Positions 26,080 to 33,144 of a stretch of DNA of 64,000 nucleotides are shown one piece after another; position 1 is the first letter of the stretch, and every line of letters starts with the position of its first letter. Below the pieces are notes generated by a model that was not told where the DNA came from, did no database searches, and worked only from the letters and a program-made list of their open reading frames with translations. Source of the DNA: Candidatus Omnitrophota bacterium (lineage in GTDB: Bacteria; Omnitrophota; Gorgyraeia; Aquiviventales; Aquiviventaceae); contig JACPAY010000005.1 of NCBI GenBank assembly GCA_016180575.1, forward strand, positions 3,234 through 67,233, given 5' to 3'. The translations under genes were made by a program, and so were the position numbers.

Positions 26080-26547
26080 ATGTCCTGGATGCAGACCGTG
26101 ACCCGGGCGATGGACCGCCTGTTGCGGATCGAGCCGCTGTACGCCCACTGCGACGTCCCCTGCGGCATCTACGACCCGCACCTGGCCTCCGTTTCAGCCA
26201 AGACCGTCTACACGATGGTGAAGAAGGTGACGGACCTGAAGGACCCGGGGGCGGGCGCGCCGCCGCAGGACGCCCTTGAGTACCGCAACACCGTCGTGCG
26301 CATGGTCCAGACCAAAGAGGCCCACGCGCAGCTGTGCAAGCAGGAGCTGCTCATCCTCTGGACCGACTACTTCAAGCCGGAGCACCTGGCGATGTTCCCG
26401 GACCTCCATGAGACGTTCTGGAAGGCCGCGAAGCTGTGCTCCTACAATAAGCAGCACGTGGATCTGGCGAAGTCCCAGGAGCTCATGGATGCGGTGGGCA
26501 AGATCAGCGAGCTCTTCAAGAAGGCGGAAGCTGCCAAGAAAAAGTAG
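26080..26547 (+). CDS. sodN: Nickel superoxide dismutase precursor
   Basis: Pro-peptide followed by the HCDVPCGIYDP Ni-hook. SD AAGGAGG lies 6 nt upstream. Confidence 0.9.
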   Translation: MSWMQTVTRAMDRLLRIEPLYAHCDVPCGIYDPHLASVSAKTVYTMVKKVTDLKDPGAGAPPQDALEYRNTVVRMVQTKEAHAQLCKQELLILWTDYFKPEHLAMFPDLHETFWKAAKLCSYNKQHVDLAKSQELMDAVGKISELFKKAEAAKKK

Positions 26548-26554
26548 GGCAAGA

Positions 26555-26998
26555 TTGCTCCGCATCGACGGGCACAGCATGGCGCCGGTCCTAAAGGCCG
26601 GCGAGCTCGTCGTGGTCGAGGAGGGCGCGTACGCCTCCGCCGCACCCCGGCGGGGCGACGTGGTGGCGGCGCGCCCCGCGGCGCTGGGCGGCCGGGCGTG
26701 CGTCAAGCGCGTCGCCGGCCTCCCGCATGAGCGGGTGCGGGTCGGCGAGCGGGAGTGGCGGCTTGAGGAGGGGCAGTTCTTCCTCCTCGGCGACCGCGCG
26801 GAGGACAGCCTGGACTCCCGTGCCTTCGGCCCGGTCCCGCGCGAGGAGCTGCTCGGCCCGGTGCGCAAAATCGGGACCGGTTCCATTTTTCATCGCATCA
26901 GGCTGTTGGCGACGATGATGCGCGGGCGCGACAGCGGCGCCGCGGCGCGGGGCCGGGCGGCTTCCCCATTGTGTAACGAAAGCGGCCCTGGCATGTGA
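26555..26998 (+). CDS. sodX: S26-type NiSOD maturation protease SodX
   Basis: GHSMAPVL catalytic Ser motif and KRVAGLPHE. Needs the TTG start at 26555 to retain the Ser. The C-terminal tail reads through element A3. Confidence 0.65.
   Translation: MLRIDGHSMAPVLKAGELVVVEEGAYASAAPRRGDVVAARPAALGGRACVKRVAGLPHERVRVGEREWRLEEGQFFLLGDRAEDSLDSRAFGPVPREELLGPVRKIGTGSIFHRIRLLATMMRGRDSGAAARGRAASPLCNESGPGM
26867..26890. repeat. Family A palindrome copy A3 (inside the sodX 3' coding region)
   Basis: aaaatcgggaccggttccattttt, translated as KIGTGSIFH. Confidence 0.8.
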
Positions 26999-27026
26999 CG
27001 TGCTCCACCTCCAGTAACGACAACCT

Positions 27027-27065
27027 AACACGCAGGAGAGAGACGCTCTCCTGCGTGTTTTGCTT
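27027..27065 (+). terminator. Rho-independent terminator after sodX
   Basis: aacacgcaggagag-agacg-ctctcctgcgtgtt followed by ttgctt (14-bp stem, T-rich tail). Confidence 0.65.
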
Positions 27066-27079
27066 GAGAGGAGGGGAGC

Positions 27080-27760
27080 ATGGGGTGGGCGCGCTGGATG
27101 ATGGCGGGAATGCTCGTCTGGGGTGCCGGACGCCCGGACGCGCAGGCGGCTGTCCGGATCAATGAAGTGCTGGCCGATCCGTCCGCGGATGCGAATCGAG
27201 ACGGGACGACCCACACGACGCAGGATGAGTTCATCGAGCTGGTCAACACGGCGGCGGAGCCGGTCTTCCTGGAGCAGTGGAGCCTCTCCGATCTCGTGCA
27301 GGTGCGCCACCGGTTCGCCGCTCCGCAGGTCATCCCCGGCTTCGGCTTCTTCGTGGTGTTCGGCGGCGGCGCGCCGCAGGGGTTCGCCAATGCGAGCATT
27401 GCGTCGAGTGGAAGCCTGGGGCTCAATAACGCCGGCGACACGGTGACCTTGCGGGACGCTGGCACTCTCCTGGTGGATGCGGTCACCTATGGGAGCGAGG
27501 GTGGACGGAACAGCTCGCTCACGCGCTCCCCTGACGGGGCCGGCCCCTGGACGCTGCATCAGGGACTCAACGGCCTCCCCTTTTCTCCCGGCACAACGGT
27601 GGATGGCCGCGCCCGCCTCGAGCCCACCCCTCACCTGCCGCCCCCTCCCCTCCATACGGACGCCACAGGCGGGCCCGTCCTGCCGGAGCCGTCCTCGCTC
27701 GTCCTCGTAGGCCTCGGCGGGCTGGGACTGGCGCTGCGCCGCCGTCTCCGCGGCCGATGA
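27080..27760 (+). CDS. Lamin-tail-domain protein with PEP-CTERM anchor
   Basis: VRINEVLADP...EFIELVN LTD motif and C-terminal PEPSSLVLVGLGGLGLALRRR sorting signal. Confidence 0.75.
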   Translation: MGWARWMMAGMLVWGAGRPDAQAAVRINEVLADPSADANRDGTTHTTQDEFIELVNTAAEPVFLEQWSLSDLVQVRHRFAAPQVIPGFGFFVVFGGGAPQGFANASIASSGSLGLNNAGDTVTLRDAGTLLVDAVTYGSEGGRNSSLTRSPDGAGPWTLHQGLNGLPFSPGTTVDGRARLEPTPHLPPPPLHTDATGGPVLPEPSSLVLVGLGGLGLALRRRLRGR

Positions 27761-27782
27761 TGCGCGCTGGTCGTGACAGGCG

Positions 27783-27788
27783 TATAAT
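27783..27788 (+). promoter_or_regulatory. -10 box TATAAT 11 nt before the asmA-like ATG
   Basis: cgtataataattctcgccgATG. Confidence 0.4.
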
Positions 27789-27799
27789 AATTCTCGCCG

Positions 27800-29158
27800 A
27801 TGAAGAAGTTCCTCATCATCCTGGGCGTGCTCATCCTGGCTGGCCTGGTCGTCGCGGGCGTCTTCCTGGCCACGTTTGATGTGGACCGGTACCGGCCGCT
27901 GATCGTGCGCGAGCTGGAACGGGCGATCGGCCGGCCGGTGGCGCTGGAGCGCATCTCGCTCGGCTGGCGGCAGGGGATCGCGCTGCAGCTGAAGGGGTTC
28001 ACGGTCTTTGAAGGCGTCGCCGCCGGCAACCGGCCTGTCATCGAGGTCGATGTGGCGAGCGCCTTGGTGCCATTGTGGCCGCTCCTGCGCAGGGAGCTGC
28101 GGGTGTCGTCGGTGGTCCTGCTGCGGCCCCGCGTCCATGCGTCGCGGGATGCCCAGGGACGCGTCAACCTCGTGGGGCTGGCCGCGGCCGCCGCCCCAGC
28201 GGGAGCGGCCGGGGCGGCCCGTCCCGCGCCGGGAGCAGGGCAGCCTGCCATCTCGTTCCGCGTCGATTCGTTCCGTGTGGCGGACGGCACCCTGCGCTGG
28301 ACCGACGCGATGGCCCAGCCGCCCATGGAGCTCTCGCTCACCCAGGTCGACCTGGCGGTGACGAACATCGCGCCGGGCCAGCCGATGGATGTCGAGCTGC
28401 GCGGCGCGCTGGCCAGCCAGACGCCCAACGTGCAGCTGCGCGGGCGCCTCACGCTGCCAACCCTGGCCGGCGGGCCGGCCGTCGCGTCATCCGGTTCCGC
28501 AGAGCAGGTGCGGTTCACCGTCGAGCGCCTGCCGCTGGAATCCGCGTTCCGCGCGGCCGCCGACGCGCCGCAGCTGCGCGGCACGCTGACCCTGTCGCTG
28601 GAATTGGATGCGCTCACCCTCGATCCGCAGGTCGTCCGCGGCCTGTCGGGACGCGGCACGGCCAAGCTGGACGAGCCGGTGGTGGCGAACCTGAATGTCC
28701 TGCGGGCGGTGCTTGAGAAGTTCGCAATGATCCCGGGCCTTGTCGAGACGCTGGAGGCGCGCCTGCCGGAATCCGAGCGCGCCAAGCTCAACGCCAAGGA
28801 CACCGTCCTGAAGCCGATCGAGCTCTCGATGCTCCTCGAGGCCGGCGTCCTCCGGTTCACGGGCCTCACGGTGCAGAGCGACACGTTCGGCCTGGACGGG
28901 AGCGGGAGCGTCGGCTTTGATGGCACGGTGGATGTCCGCTCCACCCTGCGCGTCGACCCCGCCCTTTCCGCCGCCCTGGTCCGCAGCGTCAATGAGCTGC
29001 AAGGGCTGGCGAACGACACGGGGGAGCTGGAGATTCCCTTGACCGTCCAGGGCCAGGCGCAGCGCCTGGCGGTGGTGCCGGACCTCCAGTACGTGGCCTC
29101 GAGGATCATCGCCACCAGAGCGATCGACCTGCTCGGAGAGGTCTTGCGCAAGCAGTAA
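27800..29158 (+). CDS. AsmA family protein
   Basis: N-terminal anchor MKKFLIILGVLIL and DVDRYRPLI..., followed by a long beta-rich body. Confidence 0.65.
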   Translation: MKKFLIILGVLILAGLVVAGVFLATFDVDRYRPLIVRELERAIGRPVALERISLGWRQGIALQLKGFTVFEGVAAGNRPVIEVDVASALVPLWPLLRRELRVSSVVLLRPRVHASRDAQGRVNLVGLAAAAAPAGAAGAARPAPGAGQPAISFRVDSFRVADGTLRWTDAMAQPPMELSLTQVDLAVTNIAPGQPMDVELRGALASQTPNVQLRGRLTLPTLAGGPAVASSGSAEQVRFTVERLPLESAFRAAADAPQLRGTLTLSLELDALTLDPQVVRGLSGRGTAKLDEPVVANLNVLRAVLEKFAMIPGLVETLEARLPESERAKLNAKDTVLKPIELSMLLEAGVLRFTGLTVQSDTFGLDGSGSVGFDGTVDVRSTLRVDPALSAALVRSVNELQGLANDTGELEIPLTVQGQAQRLAVVPDLQYVASRIIATRAIDLLGEVLRKQ

Positions 29159-29192
29159 CCCCGCCAGTCCCCTCGCTTTTTTCCCGCGCGCC

Positions 29193-29222
29193 TTGACGCT
29201 CGTCTCCGCGCTCAGGTAGACT
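29193..29222 (+). promoter_or_regulatory. Sigma70-type promoter for the riboswitch-controlled operon
   Basis: TTGACG - 18 nt - TAGACT. The predicted TSS is just upstream of the aptamer. Confidence 0.5.
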
Positions 29223-29231
29223 TCATTCAAT

Positions 29232-29349
29232 ACTCTCGAAACGGCAAACTTCCCGCAAGGGAGGGACGCAAAGCCGCGGGTCCTGGTGCCTGGCTCTTCG
29301 CGAAGCGAAGTGCCTGGCACCGGAAGGATAGCCGGGCTACCGAAAGAGG
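29232..29349 (+). promoter_or_regulatory. c-di-GMP-I (GEMM-I) riboswitch
   Basis: ACGGCAAAC-[ttccc GCAA gggag hairpin]-GGGACGCAAAGCC-[long P2 hairpin ggtgcc..ggcacc]-AAGGATAGCCGGGCTACCGA matches the order and conserved blocks of the Vc2-type aptamer as I recall them. Ends at the ATG of the DUF948-like gene. Confidence 0.75.
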
Positions 29350-29673
29350 ATGACTGACGCGCTTCTGCTCGTGATTGCTGCAAGCATCATCGGCGTGTGC
29401 CTCCTCGCGACCACCCTTGCCACTCTCTCCACCATGCGTGAGTTCCGCGCGACGCTTGGCGAAACACGGGAGCTGCTGGCCAGATGGAACGCGATGACGC
29501 GGCGCGTCGAGGCGGTGGTCGGCTCGGCCTGCGATGCCGCCTCCGCGACGCTCGAGGGGCTCTCCCGCTGGAAGGCGCGGGCGGAGCAGGTGTTCACAGG
29601 CCGATCGGGAAACGGGGCGAGGGCGGAGCCTCGCCGGCATGGCAGGTCAACCAGAGGAGGGGAACGGGGATGA
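29350..29673 (+). CDS. DUF948-like small membrane protein
   Basis: N-terminal TM plus helical region. First gene downstream of the GEMM-I riboswitch. Confidence 0.5.
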   Translation: MTDALLLVIAASIIGVCLLATTLATLSTMREFRATLGETRELLARWNAMTRRVEAVVGSACDAASATLEGLSRWKARAEQVFTGRSGNGARAEPRRHGRSTRGGERG

Positions 29674-29987
29674 AGCGGACTCGTCGAGGGAAGACAGGGT
29701 TGCTGCAGGCGACGGCTTCATTTGTGCTGGGGGCGGTGACGGGGGCCATCGTGGCGCTGCTCTACGCCCCCACATCCGGGCAGGTCGCCAGGAGACGGCT
29801 GGCGATGAAGGCCCGCGGGCTGCAGCGCACCGCGGTCCGGCGTCTCGGCCGCGCCCAGCGGGCGCTGGCGACGAAGGCCGAGCACGTCCGCGAGGCGGCC
29901 GCCGGATGGATGACGGAGCGCTTCCCGGTCCGGAACGGCCGGCATCCGATCCGCCATCGCGCGATCCGTCACGCGGCGGCGCGGTAA
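29670..29987 (+). CDS. YtxH domain protein
   Basis: GAVTGAIVALLYAPTSGQVARRRL YtxH signature. ATGA overlap with the preceding gene. Confidence 0.65.
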   Translation: MKRTRRGKTGLLQATASFVLGAVTGAIVALLYAPTSGQVARRRLAMKARGLQRTAVRRLGRAQRALATKAEHVREAAAGWMTERFPVRNGRHPIRHRAIRHAAAR

Positions 29988-29990
29988 GTT

Positions 29991-30053
29991 AATCGGGGAC
30001 AGCCACTAATTTCCTAGTGGTGGCCGAAGGGAAATTAGTGGCTGTCCCCGATT
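29991..30053. repeat. Family C inverted repeat copy C2
   Basis: Perfect 24-nt arms at 29991-30014 and 30030-30053. Confidence 0.9.
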
Positions 30054-30098
30054 GTTTCCCGATTGTTTCCCCAATTGTTGGCGATTGTTTGCTATAAT
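30049..30098 (+). promoter_or_regulatory. Four tandem 11-bp iterons (CGATTGTTTCC x2, CCAATTGTTGG, CGATTGTTTGC) abutting a TATAAT box
   Basis: Iterons at 30049-30092; TATAAT at 30093-30098. The first iteron overlaps the end of element C2. Confidence 0.6.
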
Positions 30099-30158
30099 AC
30101 GCTCACTACACGGAGCTTTTGCCTTCCTGCATCGCACGCCTGAATCCGTACTGTATCC

Positions 30159-30323
30159 ATGCGCAACCGCGCCGCCCGCGACATCGGCGAGGAACTGAAA
30201 CAGATCCTCGCGCGGCTCAGGGCGCTGGCGAAGGATGAGCGCGCCGCGCGCGGCCCTGAAGCCGAAGCCCTGGAGATCGCCATCGTGAACCTCGACAGCG
30301 CCATCGAGATCCTGACGGAGTAG
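30159..30323 (+). CDS. Unannotated 54-aa helical protein (MRNRAARDIGEELKQILARL...)
   Basis: Below the ORF-track size cutoff. ATG..TAG in frame with strong GC3 bias. Stop is 2 nt before the next start. Confidence 0.5.
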   Translation: MRNRAARDIGEELKQILARLRALAKDERAARGPEAEALEIAIVNLDSAIEILTE

Positions 30324-30325
30324 CC

Positions 30326-30610
30326 ATGCCGGACATCAGCGTGACCACCGCCGCCACGAACGACGGCTGGACCTTCGGCGTGCAGGTGGCGGAGGCGAAC
30401 GGGCAGACGCGGCACAGCGTCACCCTCAGCCAGCGGGACTTCGCGCAGCTCACCGAAGGCAAGCAGACCACGCCGGAGGAGCTGGTGCGAAAGTCCTTCG
30501 AATTCCTCCTCGAGCGGGGGCCGAAGCACCAGATCCTGCGCCAGTTCGACCTGCCGGCGATCGTCCGGTACTTCCCCGACTACCCCACCGCCATCCGCAG
30601 CAAGCTCTAG
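30326..30610 (+). CDS. Conserved hypothetical 94-aa protein (ELVRKSFEFLLERGPKHQILRQFDL..RYFPDY)
   Basis: High GC3. The motif resembles a widespread uncharacterised small-protein family as I recall it; not verifiable here. Confidence 0.6.
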   Translation: MPDISVTTAATNDGWTFGVQVAEANGQTRHSVTLSQRDFAQLTEGKQTTPEELVRKSFEFLLERGPKHQILRQFDLPAIVRYFPDYPTAIRSKL

Positions 30611-30706
30611 TCCTGGCCGAGCCAGGTCCAAGGTGATATCAGAGACCCGCCGTAGTACACTAGAGATCATCCTGTCCATGCGGCCACATCACCGGCGGAG
30701 GCGAAG

Positions 30707-31048
30707 ATGAAACGATGGGTGCTCGGCATCATCTGCGGCGTCGCGCTGGCCTCGGCGGCTCAGGGCCAGGAAGAGGCCGCCCCGCTGACCGAGGCCCCCA
30801 TGGAGACCATCGGGCGCGCCGCGTTCAGCGTGCCGAAGGGCTACGGGCGCCTGGCGGCCATCGTGGAGAGCTCGGAGATCCACCACCTGTATTTCGAGGA
30901 CGGCCAGGGGACCGTCCGCGTCGTCCTCATCGGCCCACGTGGCGCCGCGGCGCGGGCCCGGAACGCGCTCCAATTGCTCTCGTCGGATGTCTATGTCATT
31001 GAGCGGGGGTTGGGAGCCGTTGAGGTCGTGCCGAGCGGGGAAGAGTGA
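30707..31048 (+). CDS. Small secreted hypothetical protein
   Basis: Signal peptide ending ASAAQG. Coupled to the next gene (GTGA overlap). Confidence 0.5.
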   Translation: MKRWVLGIICGVALASAAQGQEEAAPLTEAPMETIGRAAFSVPKGYGRLAAIVESSEIHHLYFEDGQGTVRVVLIGPRGAAARARNALQLLSSDVYVIERGLGAVEVVPSGEE

Positions 31049-32082
31049 TCGGCGGGGCTATGCGCCGCCCTCGCGCCCGAGCGCGGCTGCGCTACGCGTT
31101 TGACGACGAGAACCGCCTGGTGATCCGGGAGCGCCGTCCCCTCGCCGAGCGGGCGCAGCCGGTCCGGATTCTCGAAGGGACCGTCTCGGCCGACGGCGGC
31201 AACCGGCTGGTCTACAGGGCGCAGATGCCAACCGGGATCTCCCGGTCCGGTCCCCGCGCGATCGCCCTTGACGGCACCTGGGCGCTGACGCCCGCCCATG
31301 ACCTCGCGCTCACGCTGCATGAGACCGTCGCCAGGGACCGGCAGACGCTCTACCTCAAAGGCGCCCTCGCCAAGGCCGAGGCGCACGCGCTGGTCTTCGC
31401 CCTGCGCCGGCAGGACGGCCGCGCCGATGCCTCCCAGACCCTGACGCTCTCCGGCCGGTGGCAGGCGGATGCGCGCAACCGGCTCACCTTTCTGGTGGGG
31501 AAGGGGGATGGGTCGGAGGAGCGGCTGACGCTTGGCGGCGGGTGGGAGGTCGGGCCGGATCACGAGCTGCAGTATCGCTACCGGCGCCGCGCGCTCCGCG
31601 GCCGGGAAGAGCACGTGCTGGCGTTTGCCGGCGCGTGGGAGGTCGCGGCGGCCGGCCGGCTCCTCTACCGCCTGGAGGGCTCGGCGGACTCGGCCTTCGA
31701 GTTCCGGGCGAGCCTCCAGCGGCCGGGCCTGAGCGCCCGCGAGGGCCGGCTCGTCTACCAGGTCGGCATCGGCCTCTCCCGGGGAAGGACGCGGCAGCAG
31801 CGCGTCGCGCTCTTCGGCGCCTGGAAGCTCAACCGCGACCTCTCGGTGTCGTTCGAGGTGCCGTACGCGGGGGGCCGCGTCCGCAGCCTCCGCTTCGAGG
31901 GGACGTACGCCCTCACGCCCCAGGATCGGGTCGCGGTCGCGCTGTGGGGGCCCGGCGGCGAGCCGCTTGGCCTGACCGTCACGTTCACCCGCGACCTGGT
32001 CCCGGACGCGAGCCTCTTCGTCCGGCTGCGGCGGGACGAGCGCGAGCGCTCCCTCGTCGGCGGGGTCCAGGTGCGGTTCTAG
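31045..32082 (+). CDS. Repeat protein of unknown function (about six L-x-L-x-G-x-W...L-x-Y/F units)
   Basis: Recurrent units: LDGTWALTPAHDLALTL, LSGRWQADARNRLTFLV, LGGGWEVGPDHELQYRY, FAGAWEVAAAGRLLYRL, LFGAWKLNRDLSVSFEV, FEGTYALTPQDRVAVAL. Confidence 0.55.
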   Translation: MIGGAMRRPRARARLRYAFDDENRLVIRERRPLAERAQPVRILEGTVSADGGNRLVYRAQMPTGISRSGPRAIALDGTWALTPAHDLALTLHETVARDRQTLYLKGALAKAEAHALVFALRRQDGRADASQTLTLSGRWQADARNRLTFLVGKGDGSEERLTLGGGWEVGPDHELQYRYRRRALRGREEHVLAFAGAWEVAAAGRLLYRLEGSADSAFEFRASLQRPGLSAREGRLVYQVGIGLSRGRTRQQRVALFGAWKLNRDLSVSFEVPYAGGRVRSLRFEGTYALTPQDRVAVALWGPGGEPLGLTVTFTRDLVPDASLFVRLRRDERERSLVGGVQVRF

Positions 32083-32085
32083 GGG

Positions 32086-32505
32086 TTGCGGATGCCGTCC
32101 TTTCCCGTGTCGGCCAAGAAGCAGCTCGCCCTCGAGGCCGCAATGCGCCGGCTGGGCGTCGATGAGCGCGACCTGGAAGAGCGGTTCATCCGCTCGCGCG
32201 GCCCGGGCGGGCAGAATGTGAACAAGGTCTCGACCTGCGTCGTCCTGCGGCATCGCCCCAGCGGCCTTGAGGTGCGCTGCCAGCAGGAGCGCTCCCAGGC
32301 GCTGAATCGGTTTCTCGCGCGGCGGCTGCTGCTGGGCCGCCTGGAGGCCGAGCGGCTGGGACGGGAGAGCGCCGAGGCCCAGGCCGTCGCCAAGCTGCGC
32401 CGGCAGAAGCGCAAGCGGTCCAAGCGGGCGAAGGAGAAGGTGCTGGCCGCCAAGCGGCTCCGGGCGGAAAAGAAAGCGCTGCGCCGCCCTCCTTCGCTCG
32501 ACTGA
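32086..32505 (+). CDS. arfB: GGQ-motif peptidyl-tRNA hydrolase, ArfB-like ribosome rescue factor
   Basis: SRGPGGQNVNKVST motif, ~139 aa, Lys/Arg-rich C-terminal tail. Confidence 0.7.
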   Translation: MRMPSFPVSAKKQLALEAAMRRLGVDERDLEERFIRSRGPGGQNVNKVSTCVVLRHRPSGLEVRCQQERSQALNRFLARRLLLGRLEAERLGRESAEAQAVAKLRRQKRKRSKRAKEKVLAAKRLRAEKKALRRPPSLD

Positions 32506-32528
32506 ACAATGGGACCGGTTCTATTTTT
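32505..32528. repeat. Family A palindrome copy A4
   Basis: aacaatgggaccggttctattttt, between arfB-like and the PPIase gene. Confidence 0.85.
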
Positions 32529-32544
32529 CAAAAGGAGGCTGGAG

Positions 32545-33078
32545 ATGAGGTGGTGGGGTATCGTTGGCGTGGTGGTTGGGGGAGGGCTCCTGATGGGATC
32601 AGCGCACGCGCAGTCTGACCGTCCCCGGGCGGTGATCGAAACCGCCAAAGGGCGCATCGTCATCGAGCTCTACGCGGAGGAGGCGCCGAAGACGGTGGCC
32701 AACTTCGTGAAGCTCGCCAAGGAGGGGTTTTACAACGGGATCATCTTCCACCGCGTGATCCCCGGCTTCATGATCCAGACCGGAGACCCCACCGGCGCGG
32801 GCATGGGCGGTCCGGGCTACACCTTTGAGGACGAGTTCGCTCCCGGCCTGCGCCACGACGGCCCCGGCGTGGTGTCCATGGCGAACGCGGGCCCCAACAC
32901 CAACGGGAGCCAGTTCTTCATCACCCTCGCCGCCGCCCCGTGGCTGGACGGGAAGCACGCGATCTTCGGCCGCGTGGTCGAGGGACAGGAAGCCGTCGAG
33001 CAGATCGCCGCCGCCGGGCGCGACGCCCAGGACCGTCCGCTCGACAACATCCCCATGACGCGCGTGGCCATCGAATGA
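32545..33078 (+). CDS. Cyclophilin-type peptidyl-prolyl isomerase, secreted
   Basis: [15 protein letters not shown] and [17 protein letters not shown] motifs. Start chosen after SD AAGGAGG; the ATG at 32509 lies inside element A4. Confidence 0.85.
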   Translation: MRWWGIVGVVVGGGLLMGSAHAQSDRPRAVIETAKGRIVIELYAEEAPKTVANFVKLAKEGFYNGIIFHRVIPGFMIQTGDPTGAGMGGPGYTFEDEFAPGLRHDGPGVVSMANAGPNTNGSQFFITLAAAPWLDGKHAIFGRVVEGQEAVEQIAAAGRDAQDRPLDNIPMTRVAIE

Positions 33079-33087
33079 GGAGACCGC

Positions 33088-33128
33088 GTCCCGCTTTCGC
33101 CATCGGATGAGGGGAGCGAAACCGGGAC
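33088..33128 (+). terminator. Hairpin after the PPIase gene
   Basis: gtcccgctttcgc-15 nt-gcgaaaccgggac (13-bp stem, one mismatch). No U-tract. Confidence 0.3.
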
Positions 33129-33144
33129 GTGGTCCCGGGACTAT

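Noticed and set aside
24111-26168. Upstream 686 codons of the 809-aa minus-strand ORF 23739-26168.
   Set aside because: It is antisense to a well-supported kinase/P-loop gene, has an Arg/Pro/Gly-rich low-complexity composition, and runs across repeat element E1. This is a typical mirror-frame ORF of GC-rich DNA. Only the last 123 codons (23739-24110) look genuine.
29159-29192. T-run (cgcttttttcc) after asmA as an intrinsic terminator.
   Set aside because: I could not find a convincing complementary stem immediately upstream.
30092-30679. 195-aa minus-strand ORF covering the two small plus-strand ORFs.
   Set aside because: The plus-strand ORFs have coherent GC3 bias, tight coupling and a promoter. 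The minus-strand product is low-complexity and starts in an intergenic region.
32509-32544. ATG at 32509 as the PPIase start.
   Set aside because: That ATG lies inside palindrome A4. ATG 32545 follows AAGGAGG and begins a typical signal peptide.
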